Shown piece by piece: positions 48,318-57,879 of a stretch of DNA of 64,000 bases (positions are counted from its first letter, which is position 1; the number at the start of each line of letters is the position of its first letter). A program made the position numbers and the translations under genes. The stretch covers positions 32,001 through 96,000 of the forward strand of contig JAWADY010000003.1 of assembly GCA_038891615.1 (NCBI GenBank), in the 5' to 3' direction. The notes below the pieces were generated by a model. That model saw only the letters and a program-made list of their open reading frames with translations. It was not told where the DNA came from and did not search any database. This DNA comes from Candidatus Woesearchaeota archaeon (lineage in GTDB: Archaea; Nanobdellota; Nanobdellia; Woesearchaeales; ARS49).

Positions 48318-49949
48318 ATGAAGCTAAAGATTGAATGGTTTGTTTTTGCTTTTTTTATTCTTGCAGTTGTTTTTTATCTAGGCCTTGATAAGCTGCCATT
48401 GAGCCACCCAGGTAACATAAAAGCGGCAGATCCATTCTACCATACACTTATGGTCGATGTTATTCTTGAAACAAAACAATGGAAATACTATCCTTACTAT
48501 ATCTCGTATGGGCAGGAACGCGCAATTAATCAGCAACCACCACTACTTTACATGTTGTCAGCGGCAATTTCATCAGTAACCAACTTACCGAGCTGGACAG
48601 TCATTTATTTTTTTGTTTGCCTTGCAGCTGCGATTTGTGTTGTTTTGGTCTATTTGATAACAAAAGAGATTTTCTCTAACTCGAGCATTGCATTGATTGC
48701 ATCAGCATTTGCACTCTTGCCGTTACCAATCAGGGTTTGGCTTTATGGGATTTATATTGGCTTTTGGATTCAGGTCGTCGCATTTGTTTTTGTTCTTGCT
48801 TTTTTCTGGCTTTTCATAAAGTGGCTAAAGGAAAACAAAAATTGGCAACTTTTTGGAATGTCAATAAGTACGGCAGCAGTCATGCTAAGCCATCCACAGG
48901 ACCTTCTTCTTTTAGCGCTTCCTTCTCTTTTTATCATATATAGAATATTCAAGCTGCATGGATTTAAAGAAAAAGTTACAAATGTGCTAAGCTTTGTCAT
49001 TCCTTCTGGACTCACTTTTTCTATACTTTTGCCTTGGTTCCTTTATGTCTGGAGCAGTGGTGGCGGTGGCTATAAGCCCGGATTTTATGGAATCCGTGAC
49101 ATGTTTCCAAAAAGCTATCTGGGTGGTTTAACGACCCCACACATATCCTTTCTTCCTGTGGGAGTACTAGTGCTTTTTGTAATAGGAGGGTTGCTTTTGC
49201 TGTTAAACTTCAAAAAGCAAAAGCTTTGGATAGGCTTAACTGCACACTACTTTTTTATGACATACTTTTTGCCTTATTTCCTTTACAGTCCGTATTATCT
49301 TGGACGTGCGAGAGCACTTGCAATATTTTTTGTATTTCCAACTGTTGCTTATGCAATTTATTATGGCATTGCGATGCTGTCAAACAAGTTAAGAATAAGC
49401 AGCTTGCTCATCACGATTCCTGTCTGCATTTTAGTCATTGCCCTTGGTTTCCTTCAATACGGCGAGTTAACAGAAGCCTTGAGATATGAACACATAACAA
49501 AAGAGAAATGGGGTGCTTATAAATGGATTCAGCAGAACACTCCAAAAAACGCAACGATTTTTGTATTAGAAGGGGGATACCAGGCAAACGCAGTGATGAT
49601 GAAAAGGAAAGCAGCAATTGTCGAGCTCGAAGAGTTTGTTTCTAAGATGCAAGAATATATAAATAATAACACCTTTCCTTTAACTTATAAGTTTTCCTGG
49701 GCAGCAGATACGCTTTGGGATTTTCCTGCGATGGCGGTTTCTCCTTTTAAGTTTGTAAAATGGGAAAAGGAGACGATACGCAAAGGAGGGTTTGCAAACA
49801 TTTTAGATTTTGACTACATTTTTCTTCATGGCTGGAACATAGATATCGAGCAGTTAAATAAAAAAATTATAGAAAAATTAAGCGAGCACAATTATACGCA
49901 GGTTTATAATAAAGGAGGGATAATTATACTAGGTAAACATGGCGCTTAA
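48318..49949 (+). CDS. Multi-TM membrane protein, probable GT-C glycosyltransferase
   Basis: DPFYH...QPPL, ~12 TMs, WIQQNTP C-terminal domain. Confidence 0.7.
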   Translation: MKLKIEWFVFAFFILAVVFYLGLDKLPLSHPGNIKAADPFYHTLMVDVILETKQWKYYPYYISYGQERAINQQPPLLYMLSAAISSVTNLPSWTVIYFFVCLAAAICVVLVYLITKEIFSNSSIALIASAFALLPLPIRVWLYGIYIGFWIQVVAFVFVLAFFWLFIKWLKENKNWQLFGMSISTAAVMLSHPQDLLLLALPSLFIIYRIFKLHGFKEKVTNVLSFVIPSGLTFSILLPWFLYVWSSGGGGYKPGFYGIRDMFPKSYLGGLTTPHISFLPVGVLVLFVIGGLLLLLNFKKQKLWIGLTAHYFFMTYFLPYFLYSPYYLGRARALAIFFVFPTVAYAIYYGIAMLSNKLRISSLLITIPVCILVIALGFLQYGELTEALRYEHITKEKWGAYKWIQQNTPKNATIFVLEGGYQANAVMMKRKAAIVELEEFVSKMQEYINNNTFPLTYKFSWAADTLWDFPAMAVSPFKFVKWEKETIRKGGFANILDFDYIFLHGWNIDIEQLNKKIIEKLSEHNYTQVYNKGGIIILGKHGA

Positions 49950-50292
49950 GCTTTCTGGACTAACGGAACAAATAAGGCTAGTTTTAGCAGAAATAGTTTT
50001 AATTTTTATTGCAGGGCTTGTTTACATGAATTTCTTTGCTGCGGTTAAGTTGGCTTTTGCATTTACATTTCTGTTTTCTCTTCCAATGGCATTGTTGATT
50101 ACGCTACTTAAAGGTCTTAATTTTATTGAAAAATTTGTTTTAGCAAATCTTTTTGGAGCTGCTATTTTAGGAATAATCTATTTTCTTTTTGATGTTATTT
50201 TTAATATTCCACTCACTACATTTGTTTTTATAGGCACATCTGTTGTCTTCATTGCAGCATCAATACTTCTTTATGCAATAAAAAAGTCATAA
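49939..50292 (+). CDS. Small 4-TM hypothetical protein
   Basis: Hydrophobic ORF overlapping the upstream gene. Confidence 0.65.
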   Translation: MALKLSGLTEQIRLVLAEIVLIFIAGLVYMNFFAAVKLAFAFTFLFSLPMALLITLLKGLNFIEKFVLANLFGAAILGIIYFLFDVIFNIPLTTFVFIGTSVVFIAASILLYAIKKS

Positions 50293-50331
50293 TTCACAAC
50301 CTTTATAAAAATTCCATTGCCAGCTTGTTGA

Positions 50332-51612
50332 ATGCAAAAATTGAAAGTATTGCTTGTGGCAGAGCACTTCTGGCCTACGGTTGTTGGGGGTGGTGAGATA
50401 AGCTCTTTTTTGCTAGCTAAAGGATTAACCAAAAAGGGAATTGATGTTAGCGTGCTAACTTCGCGTTCAAACGAAGAGAAAAAAATAGAAGTTATTGGTA
50501 ATGTAAAAATTTACAGGGTTGTTAAAAGTGGAAACACAAACACCCTTGCTGGAAACCTCACAAGATTATCTTTCAAAGCCGAACTTGATAAGGCTCTCGA
50601 ACACCATCTTTCAAGAAACGAAATTGATATCGTTCACGCTATGAGTGCAATGTGCATCCCCTCTGTCGCAAAATTGCAAAGCGTCACAAAAATTTGTCAT
50701 GTAAACAGTCCGGTTGCGTTCTGTCCGAAAGGAAATCTAATAAGATACAGTAAAGAATGCCAATTAAAATGTACTCCATCTTATTTTCTGCCATGCCTCA
50801 TGACTTCTGAAGAAATTGGTAGGATGAAAAACATGGTGTGGATCAGATTCAATCCAATAGTTTGGAAAATAATTTGGGATAGATGGAAAGCAATACGTAA
50901 TGCGCTACCAAAATTTGATCATTATACTCCAATCTCAACTTTCATGCGCGATTGGCTACTTTGTTATGGCATAAGCAGTGAAAAAATAACAGTGCTACCA
51001 AACATCGTTGAAATAGAAAGATTCTCAAATTTAAAGCAAATGAAAAACAAAGTCCCAAAGATACTCTATATAGGAGCCTATCTCAGATCAAAAGGGGTGC
51101 ATGTGCTCCTTCAGGCTTTGAAAAATATCCAACTTCATTATGAGGCAAGTTTTTATGGAAGTGGAAACTTGAAAGAATGGATGCAGAATTTTGTTGAAGA
51201 GAATAAAATGCCAGTGAGAATAAATAATGAATGTGATTATTCAGATTTGCCACGGGTTTATTCAGAACACGACATTGTTGTCTTTCCGTCACTTGTGCCT
51301 GAAGGTCTTGGAAGAGTCGCACTTGAGGCTGCAGCCGCTGGAAAGGCTATTGTTGCTTCAAGGGTTGGCGGGATTGTTGATGTTGTTGAAAATGGTAAAA
51401 CAGGACTGCTTGTTGAAGCAGGAAATGTTGAAGAGTTAAGTCGAGCAATTAACCTTTTACTCTCAAACAAATCGCTTTGCGCAAAATTTGGAAAGGCTGG
51501 ACTTGCAAAGGCAAAGCGTGAATATTCAGAAAAAGCAGTTGTTGGCAAAGCAATTAAAATTTATAAAAAGGTTAAAAATGAAAGTCTTAATGCTAGGAAT
51601 ATACGACTTTGA
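50332..51612 (+). CDS. GT4 glycosyltransferase
   Basis: GGGE, CPKG insert, PEGLGRVALEA. Confidence 0.92.
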   Translation: MQKLKVLLVAEHFWPTVVGGGEISSFLLAKGLTKKGIDVSVLTSRSNEEKKIEVIGNVKIYRVVKSGNTNTLAGNLTRLSFKAELDKALEHHLSRNEIDIVHAMSAMCIPSVAKLQSVTKICHVNSPVAFCPKGNLIRYSKECQLKCTPSYFLPCLMTSEEIGRMKNMVWIRFNPIVWKIIWDRWKAIRNALPKFDHYTPISTFMRDWLLCYGISSEKITVLPNIVEIERFSNLKQMKNKVPKILYIGAYLRSKGVHVLLQALKNIQLHYEASFYGSGNLKEWMQNFVEENKMPVRINNECDYSDLPRVYSEHDIVVFPSLVPEGLGRVALEAAAAGKAIVASRVGGIVDVVENGKTGLLVEAGNVEELSRAINLLLSNKSLCAKFGKAGLAKAKREYSEKAVVGKAIKIYKKVKNESLNARNIRL

Positions 51613-52630
51613 AAAATACCCAAGAGGTAGAGTGCTCTATAAAGGGCTAAAGAAAAATGGTATCTTAGTGGACCTTTTTCTTCCAAAAGGTCCTGGTTTA
51701 TTAAAATATGCAAAAATAGCAAGGCGAATTTTAAGCATTGACTATGATTACCTACTTGTTACTGGAAAAATCTCCTTGATGATTGCTGTTCTCCTCAAGC
51801 CAATTCACAGAAAACCTATTATTTTTGATGCCTTTATTTCTGATTACGACACACTGGTTATTGATAGAAAACTTGTTAGAAAAGGTTCGATAAAAGCACA
51901 ATTTCTCTGGTGGGGAGACAAATTGAGTTGCACACTTGCTGACCTAGTAATACTAGACACGCAGGAACACATTGATTATTTTGTCAGCGAGTTTGGTCTG
52001 CCAAAGGAAAAATTCAAAGCCATTTTGATTGGTGCAGATGATGACATCTTTGTACCAATGAAAAGAATGCAAAAAAGCAAAAAGTTTGTTGTTCTTTTCC
52101 ATGGAACATTCATTCCACTTCAAGGAATCGAGCACATAATAAAAGCTGCAAAACTTCTTGAAAAAGATGAGGATATCCTTTTTGAGCTTGTCGGTGATGG
52201 ACAAACCTTCTCAGCAGCAAGAGCATTGGCAAATGAATTAAAGGTAAAAAATGTTGTTTTTAGAGGAATGATGCAAATCCAAGAAATCCCAAAAAGAATT
52301 TCAAATGCAGATGTTTGTTTAGGAATTTTTGGAACAACTCCAAAAGCATATAGGGTCATTCCGAATAAGTTTTACGAAGCAATCGCGATGGGAAAGCCAG
52401 TTATAACTGCAGACACGCCAGCAATTCGTAGGATTTTTAAGAATGGTGAAAACTGTCTGCTGTGTGAGGCTGGAAGTGCACATTCCCTTGCCAAAGCAGT
52501 GGTTTTGCTTAAAAAAAATCCTTTATTAAGAAAAAAGATTGCAAACGCAGCCATAGCAAAATTTAAAAAAGAATGTAGTCCAAAAGTCATTGGACAAAAC
52601 TTAATAAATTGTATTAAGGAGATGATTTAA
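51578..52630 (+). CDS. GT4 glycosyltransferase
   Basis: HGTFIPLQG, LGIFG, PNKFYEAIAMGKP. Confidence 0.9.
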   Translation: MKVLMLGIYDFEKYPRGRVLYKGLKKNGILVDLFLPKGPGLLKYAKIARRILSIDYDYLLVTGKISLMIAVLLKPIHRKPIIFDAFISDYDTLVIDRKLVRKGSIKAQFLWWGDKLSCTLADLVILDTQEHIDYFVSEFGLPKEKFKAILIGADDDIFVPMKRMQKSKKFVVLFHGTFIPLQGIEHIIKAAKLLEKDEDILFELVGDGQTFSAARALANELKVKNVVFRGMMQIQEIPKRISNADVCLGIFGTTPKAYRVIPNKFYEAIAMGKPVITADTPAIRRIFKNGENCLLCEAGSAHSLAKAVVLLKKNPLLRKKIANAAIAKFKKECSPKVIGQNLINCIKEMI

Positions 52631-53746
52631 ATTAGATATAAAGTTTTAGTTATAGGCGGGGCAGGATTTATAGGCTCTTTTCTTGTCGACGAATTAATAA
52701 AGCAAGGCCATGATGTGACGATTTTTGATAACCTCGAACCACAAGTTCATAATGGAAAAATTCCATCCTATTTAAATAAAGAAGCAAAGTTTATTCAAGG
52801 TGATGTAAAAGATTATGAGGCGTTAAAAAAAGCTGTGACGGATATGGATGTAATTTTTCACCAGGCAGCTTCTGTTGGTGTAGGCCAGAGCATGTATCAA
52901 ATAAAAAAATATGTTGAAAACAATTCGCTTGGTACTGCAAACCTTCTTGACATTTTGGTAAATGCAAAGCATTCTGTAAAAAAACTTTTAGTTGCGTCAT
53001 CAATGTCAATTTATGGGGAGGGGAGCTATTTGTGTGAAAATTGCGGAAATGTGAATCCAACTCTGAGGACTTCAGAACAACTTGCAAACAAAGATTGGGA
53101 ATTGCATTGCCCAAGATGTTCATCAATCTTAAAAGCAATTCCAACAACTGAAAGAAAACCTTTGGAGTGTAATAGCATTTATGCTATAACAAAAAGGGAC
53201 CAAGAAGAAATGGTTTTAAACATTGGAAAAGCTTACGGGATACCAACTGTTGCATTGAGATACTTTAATGTTTTTGGACCAAGACAAAGCTTGAGCAATC
53301 CGTATACTGGTGTTATGGCAATATTCTTAAGCAGAATAAAAAATGATAGACCTCCATTAATTTTTGAGGATGGAAAACAAAGTAGAGATTTTGTGTCGGT
53401 GCATGACATTGTTCAAGCAAATATTCTTGCAATGAAACAAAGGGCAGCTGATTTTAATGTTTTTAATGTTGGGACTGGGAATCCTGTAACAATTAAGGAT
53501 GTCGCTGAAAAGCTAATTGCCCTTTGTGGCAAAAAATTAGTTCCAGAAATAACCCAGTTATTTAGGAAAGGAGATATTAGGCACTGTTTTGCCGATATTA
53601 CCAAAATAAAAGAAAAACTTGGGTTTGAGCCAAAGACAAATTTAGAAAATGGGCTGGTTGAGCTCGTCCAATGGTCGGCAGATGTTGAAGCAGAAGACAA
53701 AGTTGGTCAAGCAACGGCAGAATTAAAGACAAAAGGGCTTATTTGA
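52631..53746 (+). CDS. NAD-dependent nucleotide-sugar epimerase/dehydratase, apparently ATT-initiated
   Basis: GGAGFIGS lies upstream of the first GTG (52715); YAITK, RYFNVFG. Confidence 0.85.
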   Translation: MRYKVLVIGGAGFIGSFLVDELIKQGHDVTIFDNLEPQVHNGKIPSYLNKEAKFIQGDVKDYEALKKAVTDMDVIFHQAASVGVGQSMYQIKKYVENNSLGTANLLDILVNAKHSVKKLLVASSMSIYGEGSYLCENCGNVNPTLRTSEQLANKDWELHCPRCSSILKAIPTTERKPLECNSIYAITKRDQEEMVLNIGKAYGIPTVALRYFNVFGPRQSLSNPYTGVMAIFLSRIKNDRPPLIFEDGKQSRDFVSVHDIVQANILAMKQRAADFNVFNVGTGNPVTIKDVAEKLIALCGKKLVPEITQLFRKGDIRHCFADITKIKEKLGFEPKTNLENGLVELVQWSADVEAEDKVGQATAELKTKGLI

Positions 53747-53882
53747 ACAAATTGCAAGAGGGCTGCATTTGAGATTCTTAAAACAGATTATCTTTAAGAA
53801 GAACAAACGATTAAAATCATGATGCGAAGTCTTGAGCTTTTTAATTCACAAACTTTAAAAATAAAATGATGATGTTTTTTTT

Positions 53883-54857
53883 ATGAAGGTTTTAATCGTC
53901 GATAACAATGGGTGTTCTTTTCCAGATATTGGTTACCAAATTAAGCACACATTGGAAAAAGCAAGCCATGAAACAAGAACATTTAACTATCGCTTTTTAA
54001 AATTAAACAAATTTTTTTTAACAAATAGATTGTTAAACACTTTACTTATTAAATTTGCTCGTATTTGGCGTCCAGATCTGCTTTTGGTGATTAAAGGTGA
54101 GTCCCTTATTCCTGGAACGATATCAAAAATATCCGGCGAATCAATCACAACAGCAGCTTGGAATCCTGATGAGCCTTTTGGAGCTGTTCTCCCATTTAAT
54201 AGAATTCGTAATCTCACTGAATATGATTACTATTTCATTTATGATGAAAGATATGCTAAGCAGTTAAAAGAAATTAATCCAAATTCTTATTATCTTCCTT
54301 TCGGGCCAGATGTTGATGTTCATAGGGAGCAGATTCCTCTTTGGATGAGGAGCTATAAATATGATATTTCTTTTGTAGGGACAGCTTATTCAAACAGGCA
54401 ATATTTGCTTGAACAAATATCAAAAAAGCATTCTAGCCTTGCGATTTATGGTCATGGTTGGTCGCAAGCAAGCAAACAGCTCAAAAAATTTGTAAACAAA
54501 AAAGTTCCAATGGGGCCTGCTCTTGCTTATGTTTTTAACGAGTCAAAGATAAACCTGAATATTTATGGTCCTTCACAAAAGTTTGTAGTCCCAAATCCAA
54601 GAACTTTCGAGATTCCTGCTAGCAGAAATTTTCAGCTAGCAACTTACCATAAATCCATAACACGCCATTTTAAACCCGGCAAAGAGATTGTTTTATATCG
54701 AAATGAAGATGAACTTTTTGAACTCATTGATTGGTATCTTGACAATGATGAAGAAAGAGAAAAAGTTGCCCAGGCAGGCTATGATAGGGTTTTGAAAGAG
54801 CACACAATGAGGCATCGCTTACAAAGGATGTTTAAAATAATGAACATGAAATTGTGA
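53883..54857 (+). CDS. CgeB-like glycosyltransferase
   Basis: SFVGT, SKINLN, NPRTFEI, HT-HR. Confidence 0.85.
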   Translation: MKVLIVDNNGCSFPDIGYQIKHTLEKASHETRTFNYRFLKLNKFFLTNRLLNTLLIKFARIWRPDLLLVIKGESLIPGTISKISGESITTAAWNPDEPFGAVLPFNRIRNLTEYDYYFIYDERYAKQLKEINPNSYYLPFGPDVDVHREQIPLWMRSYKYDISFVGTAYSNRQYLLEQISKKHSSLAIYGHGWSQASKQLKKFVNKKVPMGPALAYVFNESKINLNIYGPSQKFVVPNPRTFEIPASRNFQLATYHKSITRHFKPGKEIVLYRNEDELFELIDWYLDNDEEREKVAQAGYDRVLKEHTMRHRLQRMFKIMNMKL

Positions 54858-54859
54858 AC

Positions 54860-55951
54860 ATGCGAATTGCCATTTTGGTGGACTCGCTCCTTCAGAAAGG
54901 TGGAGTGGAAAGAGTGCTTTTACAGCAGCTTATGGCTTTTAAAGGTCATACTGTTGATATAATTGCTGGTAGATATGATTCTCAGTCAACATTTAAAGAA
55001 TTTCAATCTGCGAATATTTTTTCTTTAATAAAAAACAAAGAGCCAGGTCCAATGGCTAGGTTGCAATTAGAGCTTGCATTTCAAAAACTTCGTTTAAAGG
55101 GATACGATCTGTATATCCTTCATGGAGGTTCATCACTGAGAGCTGCAAGAGCCCATCGACCAAATATTTGGTATTGTCATGCGCCTATGCGTTGGGTTTA
55201 CGACCTCTTTGGTGAAGAACTTTCAAAAAGAAAAGGTATAAACAAAATATTTTATTCTCTTGCCTGCAAATGGCTTCGCACAAGGGATTTACAATCAATC
55301 AAAAATATAGACATAATCATTTCTAACTCCAAATTCACGGCTGCGCGAGTCAAGCAGTACTTTCAAAGAGATTCTTTTGTTATTTATCCAGCTGTCGACA
55401 TCGAAAAGTTTAGGTGGCGAAAAAACAAAGGCTATTATCTTTCAACAGCGAGACTTGATCCCATAAAAAGGGTTCATTTAGCTGTCCAAGCTTTTCAACG
55501 TATGCCAGAGAAGAGGCTCATAGTCATGAGTCATGGCAGAGAAGAGGAAAGAATCAAAAAAATGTGTTTGGGCTATCCGAACATAACTTTTTTAGGTGAG
55601 CAGGACGAGACAGAAATGAGAAAATTACTCAGTCAGTCAATTGCTACGCTTTATCTTTCCCACAAAGAAGATTTTGGGATAACACCAGTCGAAAGCTTGG
55701 CTGCCGGTAAGCCGTGTATAGTCTCGAATGAAGGAGGCCTTACCGAAACAATAATTGATAAAAAAACTGGTTTGTTGATTGAGCCTACTCAAATAGAAAA
55801 TATTATTCGAGCTGTTAATTGGCTAACTCCTGAACGTGCTGAATGCATGCGTGCACTTTGTCAAAGACGCGCAAAATTATTTTCTCTAAAAACTTTTATC
55901 AAAAAAATGAAAGCAGTGGTTTCTAGACTCACAAACGTCGAAGAAATTTGA
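54860..55951 (+). CDS. GT4 glycosyltransferase
   Basis: GGVERV, YCHAPMR, EDFGITPVESLAAGKP. Confidence 0.92.
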   Translation: MRIAILVDSLLQKGGVERVLLQQLMAFKGHTVDIIAGRYDSQSTFKEFQSANIFSLIKNKEPGPMARLQLELAFQKLRLKGYDLYILHGGSSLRAARAHRPNIWYCHAPMRWVYDLFGEELSKRKGINKIFYSLACKWLRTRDLQSIKNIDIIISNSKFTAARVKQYFQRDSFVIYPAVDIEKFRWRKNKGYYLSTARLDPIKRVHLAVQAFQRMPEKRLIVMSHGREEERIKKMCLGYPNITFLGEQDETEMRKLLSQSIATLYLSHKEDFGITPVESLAAGKPCIVSNEGGLTETIIDKKTGLLIEPTQIENIIRAVNWLTPERAECMRALCQRRAKLFSLKTFIKKMKAVVSRLTNVEEI

Positions 55952-56023
55952 AAGGTATAACACAAATAAATATAAATTTAAATGACTTCATGAAATCCAA
56001 GCAAATGCCTCCTCTAAAAGGAC

Positions 56024-57235
56024 TTAAATGGATTTGTTTCTCTCAAGTAAGTTGATGTGTATTTGGCTGTCTTTTTCATTTTCGTATATTTTTTCAATAA
56101 AATATAACAGTTTTTTTGCATAGATTGAGTAATCAAGCGTTCTTGCTCTTGCAAATGCTTTTTCTGCCATTTGCTTTCTAATAGAAGGATTTTTCAGCAG
56201 ATATTCAATGCATTCCCTTAACTCTTTTGTGTCGCCCCTTCTAAATATCAGTCCTTCTTTGCCATGCCTGATATACTCTTCTATGCCTTCGATGTCGCTT
56301 GTTACTATTGGGGTGCCTGCGGCCATGGCTTCGAGTAGAGCATTTGGGAATCCTTCGTGAAGGGAGCAGGAGACGAATATGTCTGCTGTCTTATAGTAAT
56401 CTTTCATCCTGCTCCAAGGGACTCGGCCAACTGAAATTATTCTTTCTTTACACCATTCTGGGACATTCCATTCAAATTTATCTCCAACATGAATCAGCTT
56501 AAGCTCCTTAAATTTTGCAAAAAGCTCTGGTAAAATTTGTTCAAGGTAAATAACTCCTTTTCTGATTCTTTCTTTGTTACCTGCAGAAACAAATAATAAT
56601 TTTATTCCTTTGATTGGTAATTTTTTGTTTTGTTGCAACTCATTAAACTTAACGCCAGAACATGGCACAAAGAAAGGAGCAAGAATCTTACCATAATTAG
56701 CAAATATCAGTTTTTGTGTTTTTCGCGAAGGGAAAAGAAATGCTGCAGCGTTTTTCACACATAGTGCTTCTAGTCGTGCCTGGATTATTGCGTAGTGAAT
56801 TTTTCGCGCAAATCGTGAGACTAATGAAGAATAGTTTTTTGCAATTTTCATATTTCGTAAAAAAACTTGCGCAGGCTGATTTATTCGCAAAACATATCTT
56901 TGCTTCAATACGCCCAACGCTCCAAGAGCATTTGCAATGATTATGTCTCCCGCAAGAGCAGGATTTTTTTTGAAGTATCTGCTTACATGCCAGCCGAGAA
57001 TTATATAGCTTAGGTTCTGGCCTATAAAAGGAATTTTTGGAGCAAAACAATCAAAACGATATATTTCTGCATAATGCTTTTTTTCAAATGAAGGCACTTT
57101 TTTAGAAGTTCTTCCACATAGAATTATAACCTTGTATCCTTTTTTTGATGCATATTTTGCAAACTCTTCAAAGAAGCCAGCGTATGAACCGCTATTTTCA
57201 TTAAATACCTTGCATATTAAATATATTTTTTTCAT
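56024..57235 (-). CDS. GT4 glycosyltransferase
   Basis: RKG, EGFPNALLEAMAAGTP. Confidence 0.9.
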   Translation of the reverse strand: MKKIYLICKVFNENSGSYAGFFEEFAKYASKKGYKVIILCGRTSKKVPSFEKKHYAEIYRFDCFAPKIPFIGQNLSYIILGWHVSRYFKKNPALAGDIIIANALGALGVLKQRYVLRINQPAQVFLRNMKIAKNYSSLVSRFARKIHYAIIQARLEALCVKNAAAFLFPSRKTQKLIFANYGKILAPFFVPCSGVKFNELQQNKKLPIKGIKLLFVSAGNKERIRKGVIYLEQILPELFAKFKELKLIHVGDKFEWNVPEWCKERIISVGRVPWSRMKDYYKTADIFVSCSLHEGFPNALLEAMAAGTPIVTSDIEGIEEYIRHGKEGLIFRRGDTKELRECIEYLLKNPSIRKQMAEKAFARARTLDYSIYAKKLLYFIEKIYENEKDSQIHINLLERNKSI

Positions 57236-57242
57236 AGTTAAC

Positions 57243-57878
57243 TTATATTTTATCTTTTTCCGCAAGAGCCCAAATCTTGTCACCCGCAGGATTATAGCAC
57301 CATTTTTTTAATTTGAAGCCATTCTCAGAGAATATCTTTTCTAAGCTTTTTATTGTGTAATACCACTGGTAGACTGGAGCGCCGTTTAATCTTCGCCAAA
57401 GGTTTTTAATCAAAAATATTGAGAGCCATTTTGGCGATTGCCAATCAAGCCTAGGTACAAAACACAGTATCTTTCCTTTAGGTTTTAAAACCCTTCGCGC
57501 TTCGTGCAAGATTTTGTTTTGTTCATCTAGTGTAAAATGCTCAAGGGTTCCAATGTCGAGCCATGCATCAAAATATTCTGGAGGATATTTTGTATCCCTT
57601 ATGTCTCTTTTTTCAATAGTCATTCTAAGTTCTTTTTTAGCTTTCTTTATCATTTTCTCATCTGTATCAAACCCTCTTACTTTTGTGTAGCCGCTATCTT
57701 TCAGAACTTTTAAAATCCTGCCGAAGCTTGCTCCTGCTTCAACAATTTTTGCATTTTTTGGAATAAACTTTTTGATAAATGGTAGCAATGCAGTCTTTGC
57801 GTCTTCAATCCATTCTGTTGTTGATTTTTGGCTAAAGTGATCTGCCCAGGAGTGCATTTTATATTGCTTGAGCATCAT
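57243..57878 (-). CDS. Class I SAM-dependent methyltransferase
   Basis: VEAGASFG, GTLEHF, RVLKPKG. Confidence 0.85.
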   Translation of the reverse strand: MMLKQYKMHSWADHFSQKSTTEWIEDAKTALLPFIKKFIPKNAKIVEAGASFGRILKVLKDSGYTKVRGFDTDEKMIKKAKKELRMTIEKRDIRDTKYPPEYFDAWLDIGTLEHFTLDEQNKILHEARRVLKPKGKILCFVPRLDWQSPKWLSIFLIKNLWRRLNGAPVYQWYYTIKSLEKIFSENGFKLKKWCYNPAGDKIWALAEKDKI

Positions 57879-57879
57879 T

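Noticed and set aside
53747-53882. Small ORF or ncRNA in the intergenic gap
   Set aside because: No credible ORF or stable structure; it contains only the TATA box for 53883
4544-57283. Longest-ORF starts for L29, L24, S5, protease, NUDIX and GTs (4544, 5888, 10284, 24603, 27880, 38803, 51488, 57283)
   Set aside because: They overlap upstream genes or promoters; downstream ATGs fit family N-termini and SD/TATA spacing
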